Part shown: one piece after another, positions 1-8,847 of the stretch
Position numbering within the stretch: the stretch's first letter is position 1
Layout: each line of letters begins with the position of its first letter
The notes under the pieces: generated by a model
What the model was told of the DNA's origin: nothing
The model's database searches: none
What the model saw: the letters and a program-made list of their open reading frames with translations, nothing else
Program-made: the position numbers and the translations under genes
Assembly: GCA_963666345.1 (NCBI GenBank)
Contig: OY762721.1
Coordinates: 1,056,001-1,120,000 of the forward strand
Source: Desulfatiglandales bacterium
GTDB taxonomy: Bacteria; Desulfobacterota; DSM-4660; Desulfatiglandales; Desulfatiglandaceae
Direction of reading: 5' to 3'
Length of the DNA: 64,000 nucleotides

Positions 1-140
1 ATAAACATGACAGAGGGTTCAAACAGGATAAGGGTAAAGATACAGGCGGTTGCTCCCATGGTCCAGGCCAGAGGCAAACCTACGACAAGAAGGCTCACGA
101 ATACGGCTATTAGAAGAATCGTGATAAGTTCGATGCTCAT
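1..140 (-). CDS. dctM: TRAP transporter large permease, N-terminal part (runs off window edge)
   Basis: ATG at 138-140 overlaps the dctQ stop (ATGA). Translates MSIELITILLIAVFVSLLVVGLPLAWTMG..., a typical DctM N-terminus. Confidence 0.85.
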   Translation of the reverse strand, partial: MSIELITILLIAVFVSLLVVGLPLAWTMGATACIFTLILFEPSVMF

Positions 141-637
141 AACTCGGTCCCTTTTATAATGAAGTATATGTCACGAATGAATTTTGCAGAGCCTTGCAGA
201 ATAAGCATTGCTACACCAATTACAAAGGCCGACTTGACCGGGTAAACCGGTGGATCCCATGGCGTGCCGGAAGTCTCGAGAAGCTTGATTGAATCAAGCG
301 CGTATTTCATCCCGACCCAGAGCATCATTCCCATGTAAAGGGCGAAAAAGGAGAAGGTTATAATATCCAGTATCCGCTGTCCTCTGGGTGAAAGCTTCTC
401 GTAAACCATGTCGATCTTCACATGCCTGTTATCAAGCATTGTCCAGGCGGCACCCCATACATACAGGAAGGCACATCCGTATACCATGCACTCGCTGGCC
501 CATATGGTGGGACGGTGAAAGACATATCTCATCACAACCTCATAGCATACTATGGCCACTATCGGAAACATGATGAAACTTATGCCCTTGCCGACTACCC
601 GGGAAACGTTGTCAATCCCTGCTAAAAGCCTTTTCAT
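137..637 (-). CDS. dctQ: TRAP transporter small permease
   Basis: 166 aa, about 4 TM helices, EVVMRYVF..PTIW and HVKID motifs. Confidence 0.9.
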   Translation of the reverse strand: MKRLLAGIDNVSRVVGKGISFIMFPIVAIVCYEVVMRYVFHRPTIWASECMVYGCAFLYVWGAAWTMLDNRHVKIDMVYEKLSPRGQRILDIITFSFFALYMGMMLWVGMKYALDSIKLLETSGTPWDPPVYPVKSAFVIGVAMLILQGSAKFIRDIYFIIKGTEL

Positions 638-855
638 AAGCCTTAACCTTTCAGTGGACTCTTTTACTCGAATTAAAGACGGTGCTGATCCGGAAATTAC
701 ATCCCTGTTTATACTGCTCGGAATTCATCCTTAGACCTTAGACAAAAATCAGAGCCTGAATCAAACTCTCAGCCTGATGCTGATAACCGACTATCTCAAA
801 AGGGAAATTCCAATTTCAGGATAGACACCGGCCGGCATTTGGAACATTTTATAAA

Positions 856-878
856 GGGGGGAGAATTCCCCTCCCCCC
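856..878 (-). terminator. Stem-loop just downstream of dctP
   Basis: GGGGGGAG-N7-CTCCCCCC inverted repeat about 12 nt after the dctP stop. Confidence 0.55.
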
Positions 879-890
879 CTTGCTGGGTTT

Positions 891-1922
891 TTATTTCAAT
901 CTTCCAATCTCTTTCAGCCATTCTATCTGGGCGTCTATGACCTTTTTGGACATCGGGCTCTTTTCCGCCCACTGCTTCCAGACGGTTCCCCTTACCAGTT
1001 CCCTGAGCCTTTGGATTTCAGCCTTATCCCATACCAGTGCCTTTGATCCTGTGGCATTCATTTCCCTTATTGCCTTGTAGTCATCCATGGAGCATCTTGC
1101 GAGCTGATCAAAGTTGAGTTCCCTGACCATTGATTTCAAAAGCTGCTTCAGATCGGCCGGAAGTTTTTCCCATTCCTTTACATTGATGGTGAAATCGCTT
1201 ATCGGCATTGAACGAAAGCTGGGCCAGATATAGTATTTTGCTACGCGGCTGAAACCCATCCTGTGATTTACGGATGGCGTTGACCAGTCAGCTCCGTCAA
1301 CCACTCCCTTATCCAGGGCTGAATAGGCCTCCTCACCGGGAAGGATTACAACGCCCGCCCCCAGGATCTTGAGCATATCGGCGGTCATTCCCTGAGGTGA
1401 CCTGAATTTGTGTCCCTTGAAATCCTCCATCTTGTAAACGGGATACTTAATAAACATGGATTCCTTGCCCCACAGCACCACACCTATACAATGGGCGTTA
1501 TAAGGTTTATAAAGCTCATTAATCAGTTCCATGCCCCCTCTGTAGTTGAAAAAGGCATCATATTCCCACGGGTTCTCATATGCGCAGAGAAAATCCGTAA
1601 GAGGAGCGAAGGCCGGTTCTTTACCGGTAAAATAACCGGGCCAGACGTTTATCACCTGAAGGATGTTGTTCTTTACGGCATCAAGAGTCTCAAAGGTCGG
1701 GACTATGGCGCCGGCCGGGAACGGAGCAATCTCTAATCGACCGTCACTGGCAACCTTTACGCGCGCGCAGAAATCCTGGAGGCATTTGTACGGCAGCTCA
1801 CCGGCACTCCAGAGGGTTTGAAGTTTCCATTTCGTAACCTTTCCGGCATACAGGGGAGGCGCAAGAAAGACGGCAACAATTGTCATGACTGTAAGTGTAA
1901 AAAGCACCTTTTTCATTTTCAT
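891..1922 (-). CDS. dctP: TRAP transporter substrate-binding protein
   Basis: Signal peptide; FPAGAIV, DFKGHKFR and YSALDKGVVDG DctP motifs; lies upstream of dctQM. Confidence 0.9.
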   Translation of the reverse strand: MKMKKVLFTLTVMTIVAVFLAPPLYAGKVTKWKLQTLWSAGELPYKCLQDFCARVKVASDGRLEIAPFPAGAIVPTFETLDAVKNNILQVINVWPGYFTGKEPAFAPLTDFLCAYENPWEYDAFFNYRGGMELINELYKPYNAHCIGVVLWGKESMFIKYPVYKMEDFKGHKFRSPQGMTADMLKILGAGVVILPGEEAYSALDKGVVDGADWSTPSVNHRMGFSRVAKYYIWPSFRSMPISDFTINVKEWEKLPADLKQLLKSMVRELNFDQLARCSMDDYKAIREMNATGSKALVWDKAEIQRLRELVRGTVWKQWAEKSPMSKKVIDAQIEWLKEIGRLK

Positions 1923-2056
1923 GGAAAACCTCCTTCAACTCGTTTTTAGAATATTTAGTAAACCCAACACCATAAAAAATAACGCAACAGGCTCTTTTCA
2001 CCTCCTTTCTTTACATTTCAGGTTGATCATCAGTTTCATCTCCTGTTATCAAGCCC

Positions 2057-4103
2057 TATTATCCAATATTATCCTTGTGATCATTTTTTCTCCTAACTTA
2101 ACCGAGGCCGACAGGCATTCGTTTACCGTAATAGAATTGGCTATTCCGTCAAGCCTCCATAAGTTGCTTGACCAGCGTCACGGCTCCTCCTGCATCATGG
2201 CCATAACCATCCGCGCTGATATCATCGGCAAATTTCTGGTTCACAGGAGCACCTCCCACTATGATCCTCACCTTTTCTCTCAGGCCCGCCTCTGTTATGG
2301 CGTCTATGACCTTTTTCATCTGGGGCATGGTCGTTGTGAGAAGCGCGGAGATGCCAAGGATATCGGGCTTTTCCTCGCTAACCCGGCGCACAAAATCCTC
2401 AACCCTTACATTCACCCCGAGATCCACTACGTCAAAGCCGACACCCTTGAGCATCGTGATCACCATGTTCTTGCCTATATCATGAAGATCACCATACACG
2501 GTTCCTACAAGCACCTTTCCGTTGCTGCCCCTGTCGGAACCGGCAAGGTAGGGCTCAAGTATCTTTAATGCCTCGTTCATGGCCCTGGCAGACAGAAGCA
2601 CTTCCGGGATAAATACAGTGCCGTCTTTAAATCTATCCCCGATTACCTCCATGGCCGAAAGCATCCCGCGGTTGAGGATATCAGAGGCACCCACCCCTGC
2701 ATCCAACATCTTTTTCACGTCCTCGCAGATCTTCCTCTCATCGCCTTTCAGCACATCTTCCTGGATCGTACTGTATTCCTCATCAGGCACAAAAGAGGGC
2801 TCGAGCCTTTCAGCCGCCTCCTTTAGCTGTGTATCTGAAACAGGTCTTGCCCCACCCGCCTCCAGGGGAAGCCTTCCGTCTTTTTCAAAACGCTCTGCAA
2901 TGTACATCAGTCTGTCAAAATCCGCGCCCGGAGGTGTGGTGTCACCTATTGAGGCTATGAAACGTTTGCCGGGAGATATCACCTTAAAGAGATGATCCAG
3001 ATAATCCTTCAGTTCCTCCCTGGTTGTAGATTCCTCGAGCAGAAATATCTCCGGAATCCCGCCATGAATGGTCAACCTGTCCGAACGGCACCAACGGTCA
3101 TAATATTCGTCTATCTTTACCTTGGTCATCGGATACGGTGTAACCGCATCCGCGATATCGATCCGTGAATCGGCAATAAGGTCCATAAGGCCTTTATTTT
3201 CACCATCCGGATGATTTACAAGCAGAATGCCCTTCGGACTGAGGCTATCAGCCGCCTTGTGACACCAGGGGAGAAATTCCTTTTCATAAAGGGCTGGATA
3301 GGTAATCATATCGTCCACGTTTGCCGACCACAGAACGGCATCACAGGGAGAGCCGGCAAGGATTCCTATCAGCTGATTGTAGGGTGACTCAAGCGCCTCC
3401 GCCAGTTCTCTCATCTCTTTTTCATAATCCTTGTAGTGGAGATAAAAGTCCGTGGCACCTATGAGTGTCTTTTGAATAAAGTGGACAGGCGAGGTACATG
3501 CTATGCCCAGCCCCTGCCCAACGGCTATACCGTCATCTCCCACATAACCCTTCCATTTGGCAAACCTTTCATAAGCCGGCTTCAGTTTCAGGTTACCGAA
3601 TATGTGCGCAAGCGCCTTGTAATCTTCAGGCCCTTTTATGGCATGCTCCTTGACCCATGTTATGGAGGCGCCCGATTTTTTCATCTCTCCCGTGTACCCA
3701 TGTCTGACGCTTATTTTCCCCACAGGAGTATGGTACTCCACGCGGGTCATGTATTCATCGCCATCCTCCTCGTATTCGACTTTAATTTCCACGTCCGATG
3801 AAAACTCGAAGTCATAGGGGAATTCCTTCAGCCGGTAAAGTCCGATAGCCCGGTGTATGATATCCTCGGGGTTTTCCGGCTTGAGATACTCAGGAATCAT
3901 CTTGTGCAGCGGCCAGCCCATGGCACGATGGATTTCTTCAACACTCCTGCCTTTATGCTCCTCAGGCAGTGTGCCTGAAAGTTCATGGGCATTGTGCCAC
4001 AGGTCAATCCTGGGTACAAAGGGGATCTTGTCTACCATTTCACCCCTGGCTATCTTCAAGAGCCTTTCTCTGTGGGTCATCATCACAACTCCTCTTTGTT
4101 GAT
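2057..4103. repeat. 2047-bp near-identical direct duplication, copy 1 (partner 6724-8770)
   Basis: Constant offset of 4667. Six differences seen (2209, 2284, 4000, 4002, 4012, 4047). Confidence 0.95.
2149..4086 (-). CDS. URO-D-fold methyltransferase fused to a B12 cap and B12-binding (corrinoid) domain, copy 1
   Basis: N-terminal MTHRERLL...NHPDG...IHGGIP URO-D-like barrel; C-terminal GDLHDIGKN (DxHxxG) and SALLTTTM. Start placed at the GTG/ATG after a GAGGAG SD, as in copy 2. Confidence 0.85.
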   Translation of the reverse strand: MMMTHRERLLKIARGEMVDKIPFVPRIDLWHNAHELSGTLPEEHKGRSVEEIHRAMGWPLHKMIPEYLKPENPEDIIHRAIGLYRLKEFPYDFEFSSDVEIKVEYEEDGDEYMTRVEYHTPVGKISVRHGYTGEMKKSGASITWVKEHAIKGPEDYKALAHIFGNLKLKPAYERFAKWKGYVGDDGIAVGQGLGIACTSPVHFIQKTLIGATDFYLHYKDYEKEMRELAEALESPYNQLIGILAGSPCDAVLWSANVDDMITYPALYEKEFLPWCHKAADSLSPKGILLVNHPDGENKGLMDLIADSRIDIADAVTPYPMTKVKIDEYYDRWCRSDRLTIHGGIPEIFLLEESTTREELKDYLDHLFKVISPGKRFIASIGDTTPPGADFDRLMYIAERFEKDGRLPLEAGGARPVSDTQLKEAAERLEPSFVPDEEYSTIQEDVLKGDERKICEDVKKMLDAGVGASDILNRGMLSAMEVIGDRFKDGTVFIPEVLLSARAMNEALKILEPYLAGSDRGSNGKVLVGTVYGDLHDIGKNMVITMLKGVGFDVVDLGVNVRVEDFVRRVSEEKPDILGISALLTTTMPQMKKVIDAITEAGLREKVRIIVGGAPVNQKFADDISADGYGHDAGGAVTLVKQLMEA

Positions 4104-4494
4104 CAAATTTCTTCACTTCCGGGTAAACAGCACGAATTACACCCCATGCGAATTATATTCAGCAAACTCCAAAGTAAAAATATCTGTCATGTTGGTATTG
4201 TAAAATCGAAAAGCATTAGAGAAGATAAACAAGATAATTGACATACGCCGACAGAAACCAGGGCACGCTTTTGATGCAGATAACTTAATGTGTATTATTA
4301 CGGAAACCATAAGAAATCCATCCGCTTATAACACATGCTAAATCAGCCTGCCGATAGGCAAGACATTAATATTTCCGGTAAGCATGAATCTCGTAATTCT
4401 AAACCACTGGCTATTCAAAAATTATAAATTCGAAATCAAAGGCATCCATAGATGCAAGGCATCGCCGGCAAAACCTGAAATGCCTATTATCCCG

Positions 4495-5136
4495 CTAATT
4501 GTGTGAAACAAGCCTTCTTGCCACCTCTACGGCCTGGCCCGCGTCGGCACCATAGCCGTCCGCGCCTATTTTTTCAGCCCATTCCGCATTCACCGGCGCT
4601 CCGCCCACCATTATCTTTATGCTGTCCCTAAGGCCGTTTTCGTTCAACGCGTCAATAAGCTTCTTTATCTCAGGCATGGTTGTCGTAAGAAGCGCGGAAA
4701 GCCCCAATATATCAGGCTTTACACTCTTTACCTGCTCAATGACCTTTTCAGCCGTCAGATCAACACCCAGGTCAATAACGTCAAAACCCGCACCCTGGAG
4801 CATCATGATCACAAGGTTCTTGCCTATGTCATGGATATCCCCTTTCACGGTGCACATTATGATCTTACCCTTCGTCTCCTTATCACCTTCCTGAATCAGG
4901 GCGTTTACTATATCAATGCCCTTTTTCATGGTAACCGCTGAAACAAGCATCTCAGGCACATAGATCTCATTGTTCGAATACTTCTGCCCCACCACGTCCA
5001 TTGCACCGATCATGGCGTCATTTATGATCTTATCCAGCTCCACCTTGTCTTCTATGGCCGCGTTTACAAGCCCTTCGATCTCATTGTGCTTTCCGCCTAT
5101 AATAGCTTCTTTTATCATTTCCAGATGTTCCGCCAT
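4495..5136 (-). CDS. Corrinoid (cobalamin-binding) protein, MtaC/MtbC family, copy A
   Basis: GDIHDIGKN, SALLTTTM and GGAPV motifs. Start trimmed to MAEHLE after a GGAGGG SD. Protein identical to 12374-13015. Confidence 0.9.
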   Translation of the reverse strand: MAEHLEMIKEAIIGGKHNEIEGLVNAAIEDKVELDKIINDAMIGAMDVVGQKYSNNEIYVPEMLVSAVTMKKGIDIVNALIQEGDKETKGKIIMCTVKGDIHDIGKNLVIMMLQGAGFDVIDLGVDLTAEKVIEQVKSVKPDILGLSALLTTTMPEIKKLIDALNENGLRDSIKIMVGGAPVNAEWAEKIGADGYGADAGQAVEVARRLVSHN

Positions 5137-5138
5137 TT
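4495..5138. repeat. Duplication of the corrinoid gene, copy A (partner 12374-13017)
   Basis: Offset of 7879. Identity runs from the stop codon to 2 nt beyond the start codon. Confidence 0.95.
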
Positions 5139-5692
5139 TCCCCTCCCACTCCTGCTCAGAAATGTCATCTATTACAGCGATATACAAAATACTGAAAAAC
5201 CCTAACGATACACATCTTTTCACACCTGCAATCTCATTACGCCCTGCTGCAGTTAACAGTATATGCTCCATACTTGAAAGCTGCTGCCCGCAAAGCAGTT
5301 AAATGATTCAATCATTGAATGACTGCTTGCTTTTGTCAAGAAAATTCAGAGCCATTTATTCCTTTTCATTTAAACCGCATCTCTGCGCATTCATGTCAGG
5401 ATAAAAGTGGGACACTTGCGGAACAGCGATTCTCTCCCCTCAGGCAGGGGCCGGCAGGTTTCATGTTTTTACTCCAAGGAAAATACCAGACGAAAGGCCA
5501 TCTTTGCGGAAAATATCAGAAAGTTTTTAATGGGCTTTTAAGCTATTATTCCTGCCCGGTCAGGCTACTTCTGGAGGATATAGGCATAAATGATATGATA
5601 AATTATTAACCTTCAAAAATTGAGTACCATGCGGTCTGAAATTATCTTTTCAAGCGGTATCCTAGAATTTATCGAGAATACCGCCTCATTAA

Positions 5693-5971
5693 CTAATTTT
5701 GAAGTTTTCTTGCCATCTCTAAAGCCTGGCTCGAGGCCTCCTGGTCGACGCAGTATTAGGGCATTAAGCTGTCAAATCCTATCAATTCCTGTCCGGCCAG
5801 GGCAAGTTAAGCCATGGCTTCTGGATTCAGATGGGCCTCGGGAAAGGAAATGCTCGTTGCATCCATGAGGCCATGTCATGCTATCGAAGTTGGATTGCCC
5901 GCAGGCGGTCTTTCGCCCTTTCTTCCACCATAAAGGGCCGACATCATCAGATTATAGGGTGTCGATTCTAT
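5693..5971 (-). pseudogene. Degenerate MtaA/CmuA-family methyltransferase N-terminus joined in frame to a corrinoid-protein C-terminus
   Basis: After a GGAGG SD (5980-5984), manual translation gives (ATA)ESTPYNLMMSALYGGRKGERPPAGNPTSIA*HGLMDATSISFPEAHLNPEAMA*LALAGQELIGFDSLMP*YCVDQEAS-SQALEMARKLQN*. Three internal stops and a lost start codon. Confidence 0.8.
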
Positions 5972-6061
5972 CTATATTTCCTCCTGACTTTTTCAAGTTT
6001 TTCCCTTTCCGAAGAGTTCTTCAAAGTCGTTTGTCAATATAAAACAATCAATTTATAGATC

Positions 6062-6751
6062 TTATCGAACTTCATAATCTTTTTCATACAGGTCCGCCTC
6101 ATAAGGCGCCCTCCTGTTGGGACAGCCATCTCTCGGGCAGAGCTGACAGTTTTCATAGGCCTTTTCAGTGGCGAACATAATGCGGGAAACAGTTTTTGGA
6201 GGAAGCATAAGGAAGCTGTCGGTCAGCTCTACTCCGATAGCAGACTCAGGATTTCCCAGAAGAGAAAAAAGCCCTTCCTGCTCACTCAAAGGCCAGTCCT
6301 CTATCGACCCGGGGCTCATGTAGGAGGTCTTTCCAGGATCATACCTTTTATTAATATCTGCAATCCCTTTTTCTACTGCACTTCTTAGCGCCATCTCCTT
6401 TATTTTGTCGGCCCAGTAATGCTGAAGCATGTCCTTTATACCCTTTGACCACGCCTCAATCTCCTTGCCGCAGGTGGCTATGATCGGAAACACACGATTT
6501 ACCTTTGAAAGATTCACGCTCATGACTCGACTGCTGAATCTTACTCCGTCTGCCACCACGAAATCCTCACCCCTGTCTTCGATAAAGGCGATCCCGTGGA
6601 CCACTTTTGGTCTTGCTATCTCCCCGGCCTCCCCGGCAAGCCTGACAAGGGTATCTGCATCACGACCATTTTTATCCACATGGAGATCAGTGAAAAGCCC
6701 TTCCATATCAGGTTTGTAGGCTATATTATCCAATATTATCCTTGTGATCAT
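6062..6751 (-). CDS. Methionine synthase activation-domain-like protein (stand-alone)
   Basis: IATCGKEIE, MSPGS..DWPL.EQ, LTDSFLMLP.KTVS and C-terminal CxxCxxxxCxxR motifs; lies in the corrinoid cluster. Confidence 0.75.
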   Translation of the reverse strand: MITRIILDNIAYKPDMEGLFTDLHVDKNGRDADTLVRLAGEAGEIARPKVVHGIAFIEDRGEDFVVADGVRFSSRVMSVNLSKVNRVFPIIATCGKEIEAWSKGIKDMLQHYWADKIKEMALRSAVEKGIADINKRYDPGKTSYMSPGSIEDWPLSEQEGLFSLLGNPESAIGVELTDSFLMLPPKTVSRIMFATEKAYENCQLCPRDGCPNRRAPYEADLYEKDYEVR

Positions 6752-8770
6752 TTTTTCTCCTAACTTAACCGAGGCCGACAGGCATTCGTTTACCGTAATA
6801 GAATTGGCTATTCCGTCAAGCCTCCATAAGTTGCTTGACCAGCGTCACGGCTCCTCCTGCATCATGGCCATAACCGTCCGCGCTGATATCATCGGCAAAT
6901 TTCTGGTTCACAGGAGCACCTCCCACTATGATCCTCACCTTTTCTCTCAGACCCGCCTCTGTTATGGCGTCTATGACCTTTTTCATCTGGGGCATGGTCG
7001 TTGTGAGAAGCGCGGAGATGCCAAGGATATCGGGCTTTTCCTCGCTAACCCGGCGCACAAAATCCTCAACCCTTACATTCACCCCGAGATCCACTACGTC
7101 AAAGCCGACACCCTTGAGCATCGTGATCACCATGTTCTTGCCTATATCATGAAGATCACCATACACGGTTCCTACAAGCACCTTTCCGTTGCTGCCCCTG
7201 TCGGAACCGGCAAGGTAGGGCTCAAGTATCTTTAATGCCTCGTTCATGGCCCTGGCAGACAGAAGCACTTCCGGGATAAATACAGTGCCGTCTTTAAATC
7301 TATCCCCGATTACCTCCATGGCCGAAAGCATCCCGCGGTTGAGGATATCAGAGGCACCCACCCCTGCATCCAACATCTTTTTCACGTCCTCGCAGATCTT
7401 CCTCTCATCGCCTTTCAGCACATCTTCCTGGATCGTACTGTATTCCTCATCAGGCACAAAAGAGGGCTCGAGCCTTTCAGCCGCCTCCTTTAGCTGTGTA
7501 TCTGAAACAGGTCTTGCCCCACCCGCCTCCAGGGGAAGCCTTCCGTCTTTTTCAAAACGCTCTGCAATGTACATCAGTCTGTCAAAATCCGCGCCCGGAG
7601 GTGTGGTGTCACCTATTGAGGCTATGAAACGTTTGCCGGGAGATATCACCTTAAAGAGATGATCCAGATAATCCTTCAGTTCCTCCCTGGTTGTAGATTC
7701 CTCGAGCAGAAATATCTCCGGAATCCCGCCATGAATGGTCAACCTGTCCGAACGGCACCAACGGTCATAATATTCGTCTATCTTTACCTTGGTCATCGGA
7801 TACGGTGTAACCGCATCCGCGATATCGATCCGTGAATCGGCAATAAGGTCCATAAGGCCTTTATTTTCACCATCCGGATGATTTACAAGCAGAATGCCCT
7901 TCGGACTGAGGCTATCAGCCGCCTTGTGACACCAGGGGAGAAATTCCTTTTCATAAAGGGCTGGATAGGTAATCATATCGTCCACGTTTGCCGACCACAG
8001 AACGGCATCACAGGGAGAGCCGGCAAGGATTCCTATCAGCTGATTGTAGGGTGACTCAAGCGCCTCCGCCAGTTCTCTCATCTCTTTTTCATAATCCTTG
8101 TAGTGGAGATAAAAGTCCGTGGCACCTATGAGTGTCTTTTGAATAAAGTGGACAGGCGAGGTACATGCTATGCCCAGCCCCTGCCCAACGGCTATACCGT
8201 CATCTCCCACATAACCCTTCCATTTGGCAAACCTTTCATAAGCCGGCTTCAGTTTCAGGTTACCGAATATGTGCGCAAGCGCCTTGTAATCTTCAGGCCC
8301 TTTTATGGCATGCTCCTTGACCCATGTTATGGAGGCGCCCGATTTTTTCATCTCTCCCGTGTACCCATGTCTGACGCTTATTTTCCCCACAGGAGTATGG
8401 TACTCCACGCGGGTCATGTATTCATCGCCATCCTCCTCGTATTCGACTTTAATTTCCACGTCCGATGAAAACTCGAAGTCATAGGGGAATTCCTTCAGCC
8501 GGTAAAGTCCGATAGCCCGGTGTATGATATCCTCGGGGTTTTCCGGCTTGAGATACTCAGGAATCATCTTGTGCAGCGGCCAGCCCATGGCACGATGGAT
8601 TTCTTCAACACTCCTGCCTTTATGCTCCTCAGGCAGTGTGCCTGAAAGTTCATGGGCATTGTGCCATAAGTCAATCCTCGGTACAAAGGGGATCTTGTCT
8701 ACCATTTCACCCCCGGCTATCTTCAAGAGCCTTTCTCTGTGGGTCATCATCACAACTCCTCTTTGTTGAT
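6724..8770. repeat. 2047-bp near-identical direct duplication, copy 2 (partner 2057-4103)
   Basis: See copy 1. Confidence 0.95.
6816..8753 (-). CDS. URO-D-fold methyltransferase/corrinoid-binding fusion, copy 2
   Basis: Differs from copy 1 by a single residue (Gly versus Arg near the N-terminus). Confidence 0.85.
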   Translation of the reverse strand: MMMTHRERLLKIAGGEMVDKIPFVPRIDLWHNAHELSGTLPEEHKGRSVEEIHRAMGWPLHKMIPEYLKPENPEDIIHRAIGLYRLKEFPYDFEFSSDVEIKVEYEEDGDEYMTRVEYHTPVGKISVRHGYTGEMKKSGASITWVKEHAIKGPEDYKALAHIFGNLKLKPAYERFAKWKGYVGDDGIAVGQGLGIACTSPVHFIQKTLIGATDFYLHYKDYEKEMRELAEALESPYNQLIGILAGSPCDAVLWSANVDDMITYPALYEKEFLPWCHKAADSLSPKGILLVNHPDGENKGLMDLIADSRIDIADAVTPYPMTKVKIDEYYDRWCRSDRLTIHGGIPEIFLLEESTTREELKDYLDHLFKVISPGKRFIASIGDTTPPGADFDRLMYIAERFEKDGRLPLEAGGARPVSDTQLKEAAERLEPSFVPDEEYSTIQEDVLKGDERKICEDVKKMLDAGVGASDILNRGMLSAMEVIGDRFKDGTVFIPEVLLSARAMNEALKILEPYLAGSDRGSNGKVLVGTVYGDLHDIGKNMVITMLKGVGFDVVDLGVNVRVEDFVRRVSEEKPDILGISALLTTTMPQMKKVIDAITEAGLREKVRIIVGGAPVNQKFADDISADGYGHDAGGAVTLVKQLMEA

Positions 8771-8847
8771 TGGTTTACTGGTCTAATAGTAAAAGCAAAG
8801 AGTTCAAGGAAAAACCGCCCCTTTGGCAAAAGGCTTAAGGCCACCGG

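Noticed and set aside
4261..4277. GGCACGCTTTTGATGC as a sigma54 promoter
   Set aside because: Wrong GG-to-GC spacing, and on the strand opposite to the neighbouring genes.
5876..5878. In-frame TGA at a probable Cys position as selenocysteine
   Set aside because: The same frame has two TAA stops, a lost start codon and a truncation, so decay is the simpler explanation.
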